Origin: an uncultured Clostridia bacterium
GTDB lineage: Bacteria > Bacillota > Clostridia > Oscillospirales > QAKW01
Length of the DNA stretch: 57,397 bases
Direction: 5' to 3'
Assembly (NCBI GenBank): GCA_937881855.1
Contig: CALGEL010000059.1
Location: 123,032 to 180,428, forward strand
The notes beneath the pieces are model-generated. The model was not told where the DNA came from. It was given only the letters and a program-made list of their open reading frames with translations, and searched no databases. Made by a program: the position numbers and the translations under genes. Below are positions 8,902 to 17,724 of this stretch, piece after piece. How positions within the stretch are numbered: the first letter of the stretch is position 1; each line of letters opens with the position of its first letter.

Positions 8902-10053
8902 ATGAAGACAATTTCTATTTTAGGCTCAACCGGTTCCATAGGCACACAAACTCTGCAAGTGTGTGAAGATCTCGGTATTCGTGTTGCAGGGGTCAGTGCC
9001 GGAAGAAATATCGAGCTGCTGGAAAAGCAAATTCGCAAGTTCAATATTGGTGTCGCATCGGTATATGACTCTAATGCGGCCGATCTTTTGCGCGAAAGGC
9101 TGTCGGATTTCCCTTGTAAGGTATATTCGGGCGAAGAAGGAAACTGTATTGTCGCATCTTTGCCGCAGGTCTCGATTGTCGTGACTGCGATGATGGGGAT
9201 GATTGGATTAAAACCGACCCTTGCCGCAATTGAAGCGGGTAAAGATATTGCACTTGCGAACAAGGAAACTCTGGTTTGTGCAGGTCAAATTGTCATTCCT
9301 GCCGCCAAGAAAAAAGGCGTAAAGATATTGCCTGTTGATAGCGAACATAGCGCAATTTTTCAATGCTTGCAGGGGGCAGGGGAAAACAAAATTAAAAAAA
9401 TTCTTTTAACCGCATCCGGTGGTCCGTTCTACGGAATGACTTCAAAGGACCTGGAATCGGTCACCTTAGCAGACGCTTTAAAACATCCCAATTGGAGCAT
9501 GGGTTCTAAAATCACAATCGATAGTGCAACATTGATGAATAAAGGCCTTGAATGGATGGAGGCAAAATGGCTTTTTGATTTGAATGACGATCAAATTCAA
9601 GTTGTTGTTCATCGAGAAAGTATTATCCATTCGGCAATAGAGTTTGAAGATGATTCTGTCATCGCTCAAATGGGAGTTCCGTCGATGTATTTACCGATCA
9701 AGTATGCGTTGACATATCCAAAACGAATTTCGAGCGGATCGAATGCATTATCTTTGTTTGGAAAAACATTGAGTTTTGCCGAGCCCGATGAGAATACATT
9801 CCGCTGCTTGAAACTTGCCAAAGAAGCGAGCAAAAATGGCGGTCTTTACCCGACCGTATTGAATGGAGCCAATGAGCAGGCGGTCGATTTGTTTTTGAAA
9901 AATAAGATTAGCTTTAATAAGATTTCATCTTTGGTTGAAAAGGCGCTTTCATATGTTCCCGGCGGCAACGCAACGGATCTGGATTGTGTTCTTTCTGCTG
10001 ATGCAATGGCCAGAGCGTGTGTTCTTAATGAATTTGAGAAGGGTACTTTTTGA
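8902..10053 (+). CDS. dxr: 1-deoxy-D-xylulose-5-phosphate reductoisomerase
   Basis: ILGSTGSIGTQTL, LANKE.LV, PVDSEHSAIFQCL, LTASGGPF and HPNWSMG.KITIDSAT.MNKGLE. Confidence 0.95.
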   Translation: MKTISILGSTGSIGTQTLQVCEDLGIRVAGVSAGRNIELLEKQIRKFNIGVASVYDSNAADLLRERLSDFPCKVYSGEEGNCIVASLPQVSIVVTAMMGMIGLKPTLAAIEAGKDIALANKETLVCAGQIVIPAAKKKGVKILPVDSEHSAIFQCLQGAGENKIKKILLTASGGPFYGMTSKDLESVTLADALKHPNWSMGSKITIDSATLMNKGLEWMEAKWLFDLNDDQIQVVVHRESIIHSAIEFEDDSVIAQMGVPSMYLPIKYALTYPKRISSGSNALSLFGKTLSFAEPDENTFRCLKLAKEASKNGGLYPTVLNGANEQAVDLFLKNKISFNKISSLVEKALSYVPGGNATDLDCVLSADAMARACVLNEFEKGTF

Positions 10054-11084
10054 TGCAGATTGTAATTAACATCGTTGTTACGTTATTGGTTTTCGGTGTT
10101 TTGATTTTATCCCATGAAGCAGGCCATTTTTTTACAGCTGTATGGGCAAAAATCAAGGTGCATGAGTTCTCTATCGGTATGGGCCCTGCGATCTATAAAA
10201 GAGAAGGGAAGTTATGCCGTTTTTGTATTCGCGCTTTTCCAATCGGCGGGTTCGTTCAAATGGAAGGCGAGGACGGAGATAGCGTCGATGAAAATTCATT
10301 TACAAGTAAGCCGAGATGGAAGCGCTTTTTAGTTCTTGTCATGGGCGCGGCAATGAACATTCTGATGGGATTTTTATTGATTTGCTGCATTAATGCATCA
10401 ATTTCCGCTTATCCCACCACAACAGTTGCCGAATTTTTACCCGAGGCTGTTTCTGTTCATGATGGCTTAAAGGAAGGCGATAAGATTGAGAAAATTGACG
10501 GTTATCGCATTTTTTCCTATATGGATATTTCTTATGCGCTTACAAGAAACAGTAAGGCGAAGAATTTCGATGTCACCGTGTTGAGAGAAGGAAAGAAAGT
10601 TCTTTTGGAAGATGTTTCTTTCCCCAAAATCGAAGATCCGCAGTACGGCACTTTTTTTGATACAGATTTTAAAGTGTTTGGTGAAAAACGAAATATATTA
10701 TCTGTGTTCCGTTATTCTGCGGGATATACTCTTTCGGTATCCAGATCCATTTATTCTTTTGTCGGATCATTATTTACCTTTAAAGCCGATTTAAATCAAG
10801 TCAGCGGACCGATTGGTACTGCCGAAGTGATCGGTAAGAGTGCAACGGTTGGTTTGAGTTCTTTACTGCTTGTCGTTGCGATGATCTCCATCAACTTGGG
10901 CGTAATGAATTTATTACCGTTTCCTGCGTTAGATGGGGGGCGCATTTTGCTTCTTATTATCGAAGCAATACGAAGAAAACCGCTCAATCCGAAAATTGAA
11001 ACCGCTTTAAATGCTATCGGATTATTTTTATTAATGGGATTAATGGTGCTGGTTGCACTCAAAGATATTATAAATCTATTTTAA
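10050..11084 (+). CDS. rseP: RIP site-2 metalloprotease RseP/RasP
   Basis: The HEAGHF zinc motif is in TM1, a PDZ-like middle region follows, and the C-terminal motif is NLLPFPALDGG. The gene is in the conserved position after dxr. Confidence 0.9.
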   Translation: MMQIVINIVVTLLVFGVLILSHEAGHFFTAVWAKIKVHEFSIGMGPAIYKREGKLCRFCIRAFPIGGFVQMEGEDGDSVDENSFTSKPRWKRFLVLVMGAAMNILMGFLLICCINASISAYPTTTVAEFLPEAVSVHDGLKEGDKIEKIDGYRIFSYMDISYALTRNSKAKNFDVTVLREGKKVLLEDVSFPKIEDPQYGTFFDTDFKVFGEKRNILSVFRYSAGYTLSVSRSIYSFVGSLFTFKADLNQVSGPIGTAEVIGKSATVGLSSLLLVVAMISINLGVMNLLPFPALDGGRILLLIIEAIRRKPLNPKIETALNAIGLFLLMGLMVLVALKDIINLF

Positions 11085-11096
11085 GGAGGGATTGTT

Positions 11097-12152
11097 TTGG
11101 CTAGAATTGTTGAGGTCGGAAATCTAAAATTTGGCAGTAAAAAGATCTTTGTTCAGTCGATGTTGAGCACACCTGCCGGTGATCATGATGCGGCAATTCA
11201 GCAAGCAATCTCATTGGAAAAAGCAGGATGCGATGTGCTGCGATTAAGCGTTCCCAATAAGGAATCTGTCGAAACAATTCGTCGATTAAAAAGCGTTGTC
11301 TCGATGCCGATTGTGGCAGACATTCATTTTGATTATCGTCTTGCAATTGCATCGGTGATGGCCGGTGCAGATAAAATCCGAATTAATCCCGGTAATATTG
11401 GCTCAGAAGAAAAGGTGCGAGCCGTTGTCGACGCGTGCAAAGAAAAGAAAATTCCCATCAGAATCGGGGTCAATGGGGGATCGCTGGAACGAGAACTCTT
11501 GGAACGTTATGGCTCGCCAACCCCCGAAGCGCTGGTGGAAAGTGCGATGCGCCATGTTCGTATTTTAGAGCGGTTGGACTTTCACGATATTGTGATTTCC
11601 ATCAAAAGTTCAAATGTTCAGACAATGATCAAAGCGTATCGATTATTATCTAAGGTTTGCGACTATCCGCTTCATCTTGGCGTTACTGAAGCGGGAACCA
11701 AAGACATGGGTGTTGTCAAAAATGCGATCGGTATCGGCAGTCTGCTTGCAGACGGAATTGGATCGACCATTCGCGTATCGCTGACCGCCGATCCTGTGGA
11801 AGAAATTTATGCAGGACGCCGTATTTTGCGTGCTTTGGGCTTATTGGATGGCGCATGCCAACTGATTTCTTGCCCCACATGCGGTCGGACCAAAATCCCC
11901 GTAATCGAAATTGCAGAGCGTGTTGAAAGAGCATTGGAAAATAACACTCTTGGCTTAAAAGTGGCAGTGATGGGATGCGCTGTGAATGGCCCCGGAGAAG
12001 CCCGCGAAGCGGATATTGGCATCGCCGGCGGTGATGGGGAAGGGCTCATCTTTAAGAAGGGAAAAATAATTAGAAAAGTTCATCAAGATGAATTGTTTGA
12101 TGCTTTAATGTTTGAAATAAAAGAAATGTCGAGAAATAATAATGTCGAATAA
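11097..12152 (+). CDS. ispG: 4-hydroxy-3-methylbut-2-enyl-diphosphate synthase
   Basis: VQSM, R.SVP, ADIHFDYRLA, IRINPGN and CPTCGR...MGC.VNGPGE motifs. A TTG start follows ggaggg. Confidence 0.9.
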   Translation: MARIVEVGNLKFGSKKIFVQSMLSTPAGDHDAAIQQAISLEKAGCDVLRLSVPNKESVETIRRLKSVVSMPIVADIHFDYRLAIASVMAGADKIRINPGNIGSEEKVRAVVDACKEKKIPIRIGVNGGSLERELLERYGSPTPEALVESAMRHVRILERLDFHDIVISIKSSNVQTMIKAYRLLSKVCDYPLHLGVTEAGTKDMGVVKNAIGIGSLLADGIGSTIRVSLTADPVEEIYAGRRILRALGLLDGACQLISCPTCGRTKIPVIEIAERVERALENNTLGLKVAVMGCAVNGPGEAREADIGIAGGDGEGLIFKKGKIIRKVHQDELFDALMFEIKEMSRNNNVE

Positions 12153-15100
12153 AAATTTATTGAGTTTTTTTAAGCGATGCACCTTCTCGGAAAGCGAAAT
12201 TTCGTTGTTTGACGGTGCGATCGCCCATAAAGTTGAAGTCAATCAAGAACACCGAATTTTAAAGGCACATGCTGAATTAAAAAAGTATGTGTCTTTTTCC
12301 CACATTCAAGCTCTTGAAGAAAAGGTGAAATCTACATATGCATTAAATAGCGTTGAGATTATCCCGACATTTGAAGGGGTTGCGTTTGAAGCAAATCATT
12401 GGCCGGACATCGTCGAATGTTCCAAAAGAAAAAATGGAGGGGTTAACGGCTTTTTAAACGACTCTACCATTGAAATGAATGACTCCCAATTAACTGTATT
12501 TTTGAAATATGGCGGGTTGGACGTTATAAATGCTTTGGGTGTTGAAAAGACCCTACGCGATGTGTTTGCCGAATGGTATCGTTTGAATATCAATGTGGTG
12601 TTTGACGGATCAATTCAAGTGGATGATTCCAATCGTGTTGAGATTCCCGAACCTGCTGTCGAAGAGTTGCTTCCTCCGCCGGAACCGATTGCACCGCCCC
12701 AACCCAAAGAACCGGTGAAACGGGAGTGGAGACGGCCGGCCGCTGTTGTTCCCATGCCGAACATTCCGTTTTCTCCGACGGAGAATTTGATTTATGGAGA
12801 GCGTATCGGAAAAAACTTTTACGCTATGAATATGGTGAACCAAGTGGATGGAACCGTTTCTGTACTTGGAAACGTCTTTAAGTGTGATAGCCGTACTACC
12901 TGGGATCAAAAAAACGTTCGTTTTTCTGTGTTTGTCACCGATTATACAGGTTCCATTATTCTCAAATTTATGGTACCGGTCGATAAAGCTGAAGAAATAT
13001 CCGGCAAGCTTAAATCCGGCGCTTCTATTGGGGCAACAGGGCAAGTGATGTATGATAAATACGAAGAGGATTATGTAATCAACGCAAAATGCGTGTTTGA
13101 ATCCAAACACTCTGTTCGCCGCGATAATGCGGATGAAAAACGTGTTGAACTTCATTTACATACCAATATGTCTGCGATGGACGCTGTCAACAGCATTGAT
13201 GATTATGTTCGCAGAGCCGCTTATTGGGGCCATAAGGCAATCGCCATTACCGACCACGGAAATTTGCAAAATTATCCTAATGCACAAGCGGCTGCCGAAA
13301 GCTGCGGCATTAAAATGATCTATGGCGTTGAAGGGTATTTGGTGGATGATACTGTTGAAGGATTTGATCCTCAAAATTCTTATAAACTTAAAACAACGCA
13401 GCGATATCATATTATTTTGTTGGTCAAAAATAAAATAGGGCTCAAACATTTATATGAATTGGTTTCAAAATCCAACATTGAGCATTTTTATCGCAGGCCT
13501 TTAATGTATCGGTCTGAGATCGCAAAATTGCGCGAAGGATTGATTATAGGAAGCGCCTGCGAAGCGGGTGAATTGTTCCGCGCAGTAGTCGAAGGAAAGA
13601 ATAATACCGAATTAGAGCAAATTGCTTCCTTCTATGATTATTTGGAGATCCAACCGATTGGCAATAATGAATATATGCTTCGCAACGGAACGGCTTCTTC
13701 CGAAGAAGACCTTCAAAATTTTAATAAAAAGATTGTTCAACTTGGTGAACGATTGTCCAAGCCTGTGGTAGGTACTTGTGATGTTCACTTTCTCGACCCA
13801 AGAGATGAAATTTTTCGCCGCATTTTGATGGCGGGGAATGGATTTAGCGATGCAGATAATCAACCGCCGCTTTATTTCAGAACGACTGATGAAATGCTGC
13901 AAGAGTTTGATTATTTACCCTTTGAGCAAGCTCATAAAATCGTTGTTGATAATCCTGTCGCCATTGCTGATTCTGTGGAAGAATTGATACCGATACCGAA
14001 AGGTATGTATGCACCGGAATTGGAAGGTGCAGAGAAAGAATTATCCGATATCGCGTGGAAAAATGCATATGAGACTTATGGAGATCCGCTGCCCGAAATT
14101 GTTCGCGAACGCTTGGAGCGTGAGCTGAATTCTATCATCGGAAACGGATACGCTGTTATGTATATGAGCGCCCAAAAATTGGTTATGAAATCCAATGAAG
14201 CGGGATACTCTGTTGGTTCTCGTGGATCAGTCGGTTCATCCTTCGCGGCATCTATGGTGGGTATTTCCGAAGTAAACCCGCTGGCTCCGCATTACGTATG
14301 TAAAAAATGTAAATATAGCGAGTTCTTTACCGATGGTTCTGTGGGCTCAGGTTTTGACTTGCCGGATAAGAATTGCCCGAATTGTGGAGAGCCGATGCGC
14401 GCAGACGGACACGACATTCCTTTTGAAACCTTTCTTGGATTTAAAGGGGATAAAGTACCCGATATTGATCTGAATTTTTCCGGCGAATATCAATCAACCG
14501 CTCAAAAATATGTGGAAGAATTGTTTGGCGAAGGCTATGTTTTTAAGGCGGGGACCATTGGAACATTGGCAGATAAAACTGCCTTTGGTTATGTCAAAAA
14601 CTATCTTAAAGAACGTGAATTAAAGTTAAATAAGGCGGAAGAGCAACGTTTGGTGGACGGCTGTGTCGGTGTTAAAAGAACAACCGGTCAGCATCCCGCC
14701 GGAATGGTTGTTATTCCGAAACAATTCAGTGTATACGATTTCTGCCCGATTCAGCATCCTGCTGATGATCAGGAATCGGATATTCTGACAACACACTTTG
14801 ATTTCCACTCCCTTCATGACACTATTTTGAAGCTTGATGTCCTGGGACACGATGTGCCGACGCTTTTAAAGCACCTGGAAGATCTTACAAATTTGAAATT
14901 TGCCGATATTCCGATGAATGATAAAGAGGTATACAGCCTTCTTACCAGCCCAAAAGCACTTGGTGTTACACCGGAAGAAATTGAATGTGAAACAGGTACA
15001 TTGGCATTGCCTGAGATGGGCACCCGATTTGTTCGTCAAATGATGGTGGAAGCCCGACCGAAAAACTTTTCGGAATTGCTTCAGATTTCAGGCTTGTCTC

Positions 15101-15894
15101 ACGGTACAGACGTATGGATTGGTAACGCTCAGGATCTGATCCGCGAGGGTAAGTGCGAAATCAAAGACGTTATCGGTACTCGCGACAACATTATGGTTTA
15201 TCTGATTCATAAAGGATTAGATCCGAGTATGGCTTTTAATATCATGGAAATCGTCCGAAAAGGCAAGGCGAAAAAGCAATTGTCCGACGAGATGATTGCG
15301 GCGATGAAAAGCCATGATCTGCCTGATTGGTATCTGGATAGCTGTCTTAAAATTAAATATATGTTCCCTAAGGCACATGCTGCCGCATATGTTATGGGAG
15401 CAATGCGTTTAGGCTACTATAAAATCCATTACCCCAAAGAATTTTATTGCGCCACCTTTACCGTACGACCCGAAGGGTTCAACGCGGTAGATGTCGCCAA
15501 AGGCGTTGAACATTTAAGAGGGGTTATTCGCGGATTAGAAAATCTTGGAAAAGCCAAAACTGCGAAAGATGATGAAACAATAAACACTTACCAAGTTGTT
15601 ATTGAGGCTATGATGCGCGGAGTTCGTTTCTTACCTGTGGATCTCTATAAATCGCAAGCTACTCGCTTTACCATTGAAGAAGAAGGAATCCGTATGCCCT
15701 TCGGTGTTTTAAGCGGAGTGGGGGAAAATGCGGCATATAATATTGTGGCCGCCAGAGATGAAGGGGATTTCCTTTCTCAAGAAGAATTCCGCGTTCGTGC
15801 CGGAATTTCCAATACAGTTTTAGAGCTTCTGAATAAAGAGGGGGTATTTGGTGATATCCCTGTCAGTGCACAAATCTCACTTTTTGATTTTTAA
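12142..15894 (+). CDS. polC: PolC-type DNA polymerase III alpha subunit, lacking the internal 3'-5' exonuclease domain
   Basis: Collinear with Firmicute PolC: N-domain, OB fold, PHP (HLHTNMSAMDA, ITDHG), the zinc module PHYVCKKCKYSEF...CPNCG, GSRGSVGSSF, DIDLNFSGEYQ, KRTTGQHPAGM, HFDFHSLHD, and the C-terminal QISLFDF clamp motif. At 1250 aa it is about 190 aa shorter than typical PolC, and no DxE/NxxFD/HxxxD exonuclease motifs are present. Confidence 0.9.
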   Translation: MSNKNLLSFFKRCTFSESEISLFDGAIAHKVEVNQEHRILKAHAELKKYVSFSHIQALEEKVKSTYALNSVEIIPTFEGVAFEANHWPDIVECSKRKNGGVNGFLNDSTIEMNDSQLTVFLKYGGLDVINALGVEKTLRDVFAEWYRLNINVVFDGSIQVDDSNRVEIPEPAVEELLPPPEPIAPPQPKEPVKREWRRPAAVVPMPNIPFSPTENLIYGERIGKNFYAMNMVNQVDGTVSVLGNVFKCDSRTTWDQKNVRFSVFVTDYTGSIILKFMVPVDKAEEISGKLKSGASIGATGQVMYDKYEEDYVINAKCVFESKHSVRRDNADEKRVELHLHTNMSAMDAVNSIDDYVRRAAYWGHKAIAITDHGNLQNYPNAQAAAESCGIKMIYGVEGYLVDDTVEGFDPQNSYKLKTTQRYHIILLVKNKIGLKHLYELVSKSNIEHFYRRPLMYRSEIAKLREGLIIGSACEAGELFRAVVEGKNNTELEQIASFYDYLEIQPIGNNEYMLRNGTASSEEDLQNFNKKIVQLGERLSKPVVGTCDVHFLDPRDEIFRRILMAGNGFSDADNQPPLYFRTTDEMLQEFDYLPFEQAHKIVVDNPVAIADSVEELIPIPKGMYAPELEGAEKELSDIAWKNAYETYGDPLPEIVRERLERELNSIIGNGYAVMYMSAQKLVMKSNEAGYSVGSRGSVGSSFAASMVGISEVNPLAPHYVCKKCKYSEFFTDGSVGSGFDLPDKNCPNCGEPMRADGHDIPFETFLGFKGDKVPDIDLNFSGEYQSTAQKYVEELFGEGYVFKAGTIGTLADKTAFGYVKNYLKERELKLNKAEEQRLVDGCVGVKRTTGQHPAGMVVIPKQFSVYDFCPIQHPADDQESDILTTHFDFHSLHDTILKLDVLGHDVPTLLKHLEDLTNLKFADIPMNDKEVYSLLTSPKALGVTPEEIECETGTLALPEMGTRFVRQMMVEARPKNFSELLQISGLSHGTDVWIGNAQDLIREGKCEIKDVIGTRDNIMVYLIHKGLDPSMAFNIMEIVRKGKAKKQLSDEMIAAMKSHDLPDWYLDSCLKIKYMFPKAHAAAYVMGAMRLGYYKIHYPKEFYCATFTVRPEGFNAVDVAKGVEHLRGVIRGLENLGKAKTAKDDETINTYQVVIEAMMRGVRFLPVDLYKSQATRFTIEEEGIRMPFGVLSGVGENAAYNIVAARDEGDFLSQEEFRVRAGISNTVLELLNKEGVFGDIPVSAQISLFDF

Positions 15895-15903
15895 GAGGTA
15901 ATT

Positions 15904-16809
15904 ATGAATTCAATCGATCAATTAATTTCTCGGTTTAATATTCCATACAGAACCGACTGTTCCTTTTCTGATCTTACTACATTTAAGGTGGGCGGAAAAG
16001 TGGATCTTGTTCTGTACCCCGAGACAGAAGAACAATGCATTGCCTTGATGACTTGGTCTAAAAAAGAAAAGGTACCCTTCATTTTCCTTGGGAATGGATC
16101 AAATGTTTTGGGCTCTGATAATGGTTATCGGGGGATTATCGTCAAAACCGATCGTTTGAATAAGATTGAATTGCTTGAAAATGGAATTCTTGCTGTTGGA
16201 GCCGGTGTTCGAGGTGTAAAGGTTTCTTCCTTTGCAGCGAACAATGGCCTTTCGGGCATTGAATTTTTGCACGGGATACCCGGAACGATTGGTGGAGCGA
16301 TTTTTATGAACGCCGGCGCATACGATTGCTCGATCGATCAGGTCCTATTGCAGACTCGATACCTGGATGATGAAGGTAATGTGCATATTCTCAAAAGAGA
16401 AGATCATAATTTTGGATACCGAAAAAGCTTTTTTATGGAACATCCAAATTATCTGATTCTTGATGTTATGCTTCAATTAAAACCCGGAAATAAGGCGGAA
16501 ATCGTCGCTCTTATTAACGATCTTCAACAACGCAGAAGAGAGAAACAACCATTGGAATTTCCAAGTGCAGGAAGCACATTTAAAAGACCGGAAGGCCACT
16601 TTGCCGGTAAATTGATTCAGGATGCGGGTTTAGGCGGATATTCCATTGGCGGAGCGCAGGTTAGCAGCAAACATTGCGGATTTATCATTAATTCCAATAA
16701 TGCAACAAGTAGCGATATTCATGCTTTAATTCAACACGTTCAGGATGTTGTATGTAAGCAATTTGATGTAAAATTAGAGTGTGAAATTCGTTTTTTAGGC
16801 GAAGAATAA
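15904..16809 (+). CDS. murB: UDP-N-acetylenolpyruvoylglucosamine reductase
   Basis: TTFKVGG, LGNGSN, GIPGTIGGA..MNAGAY, PSAGS.FK.P and GGAQVS.KH..FI.N motifs. Confidence 0.9.
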   Translation: MNSIDQLISRFNIPYRTDCSFSDLTTFKVGGKVDLVLYPETEEQCIALMTWSKKEKVPFIFLGNGSNVLGSDNGYRGIIVKTDRLNKIELLENGILAVGAGVRGVKVSSFAANNGLSGIEFLHGIPGTIGGAIFMNAGAYDCSIDQVLLQTRYLDDEGNVHILKREDHNFGYRKSFFMEHPNYLILDVMLQLKPGNKAEIVALINDLQQRRREKQPLEFPSAGSTFKRPEGHFAGKLIQDAGLGGYSIGGAQVSSKHCGFIINSNNATSSDIHALIQHVQDVVCKQFDVKLECEIRFLGEE

Positions 16810-16828
16810 ACAAATAGGAAGTGACTTT

Positions 16829-17713
16829 ATGTCGTTTAGTTTCGATGTCAAAGAAGAACTGTGTAAAGTTCGGGAGAAAGATAATATTTGTAAAGCAGCC
16901 GAGCTCTATGGCATGGTTTTATTTGGTCAGACGGTTGAAGAAGATCAACTGAAAATTTCCACAGAAAATGTTTTGGTTATTAATCATCTGCAATCGCTCA
17001 CAACTGAATTATTAGGTTTGTTTTTTGAAATGAACGAAATTGGTGTGACCTTTAATGCAACCCTGCACGGCTCCAATTTATCAAAGCTCTATCAAATGCT
17101 TCGAATGAAAGAAGATGCGGGGATTTCACTTGAAATTAAAGGTCATCTACTTCATTCTAAGGATCGATTTTTCGCTTTTTTGCGCGGAGCTGTCCTTTCC
17201 GGCGGATATCTTAGTGATCCTTTAAGCGGATATCATTTTGAACTGGTGACACCCTATTATTCAGTCGCCAAATCTCTGCTCGAATTAATGAATAGTCAAG
17301 GGATAACTTGCAAAATGGTGGTGCGCAGATCCAATCACGTGATCTATATTAAAGATAGCCAGCAAATTTATGATCTTTTATATCGTTTGGGTGCGCGTTC
17401 ATCGGCTTTTGAATTGATGGATGTTAAAATCGAAAAAGAAACAAATAATAATAACAATAGGGTCGATAATTGCGCAGCATATAATATGGATAAGGCTTTA
17501 AACAAGGCGGTCGAGCAAATTCGGGCGATCGAAACAATTCAAGAAAAAAATGGTCTTTCGACTCTTCCCGAAGACTTATTATACGTTGCCATATTACGAA
17601 AAGAAAATCCGACCGCCAGCTTGACTGAACTATCAACACTCAGCAACGGTCGTATCAGCAGAGCGGGGCTGAGCAGAAAACTCAATAAAATTGTCGAATT
17701 TGCCAAAAAATAA
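16829..17713 (+). CDS. whiA: DNA-binding sporulation/division regulator WhiA
   Basis: MSFSFDVKEEL N-terminus, a degenerate LAGLIDADG-like middle, and a C-terminal HTH (LSTLSNGRISRAGLSRKLNKI). Confidence 0.85.
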   Translation: MSFSFDVKEELCKVREKDNICKAAELYGMVLFGQTVEEDQLKISTENVLVINHLQSLTTELLGLFFEMNEIGVTFNATLHGSNLSKLYQMLRMKEDAGISLEIKGHLLHSKDRFFAFLRGAVLSGGYLSDPLSGYHFELVTPYYSVAKSLLELMNSQGITCKMVVRRSNHVIYIKDSQQIYDLLYRLGARSSAFELMDVKIEKETNNNNNRVDNCAAYNMDKALNKAVEQIRAIETIQEKNGLSTLPEDLLYVAILRKENPTASLTELSTLSNGRISRAGLSRKLNKIVEFAKK

Positions 17714-17724
17714 AGGAACCGAAA

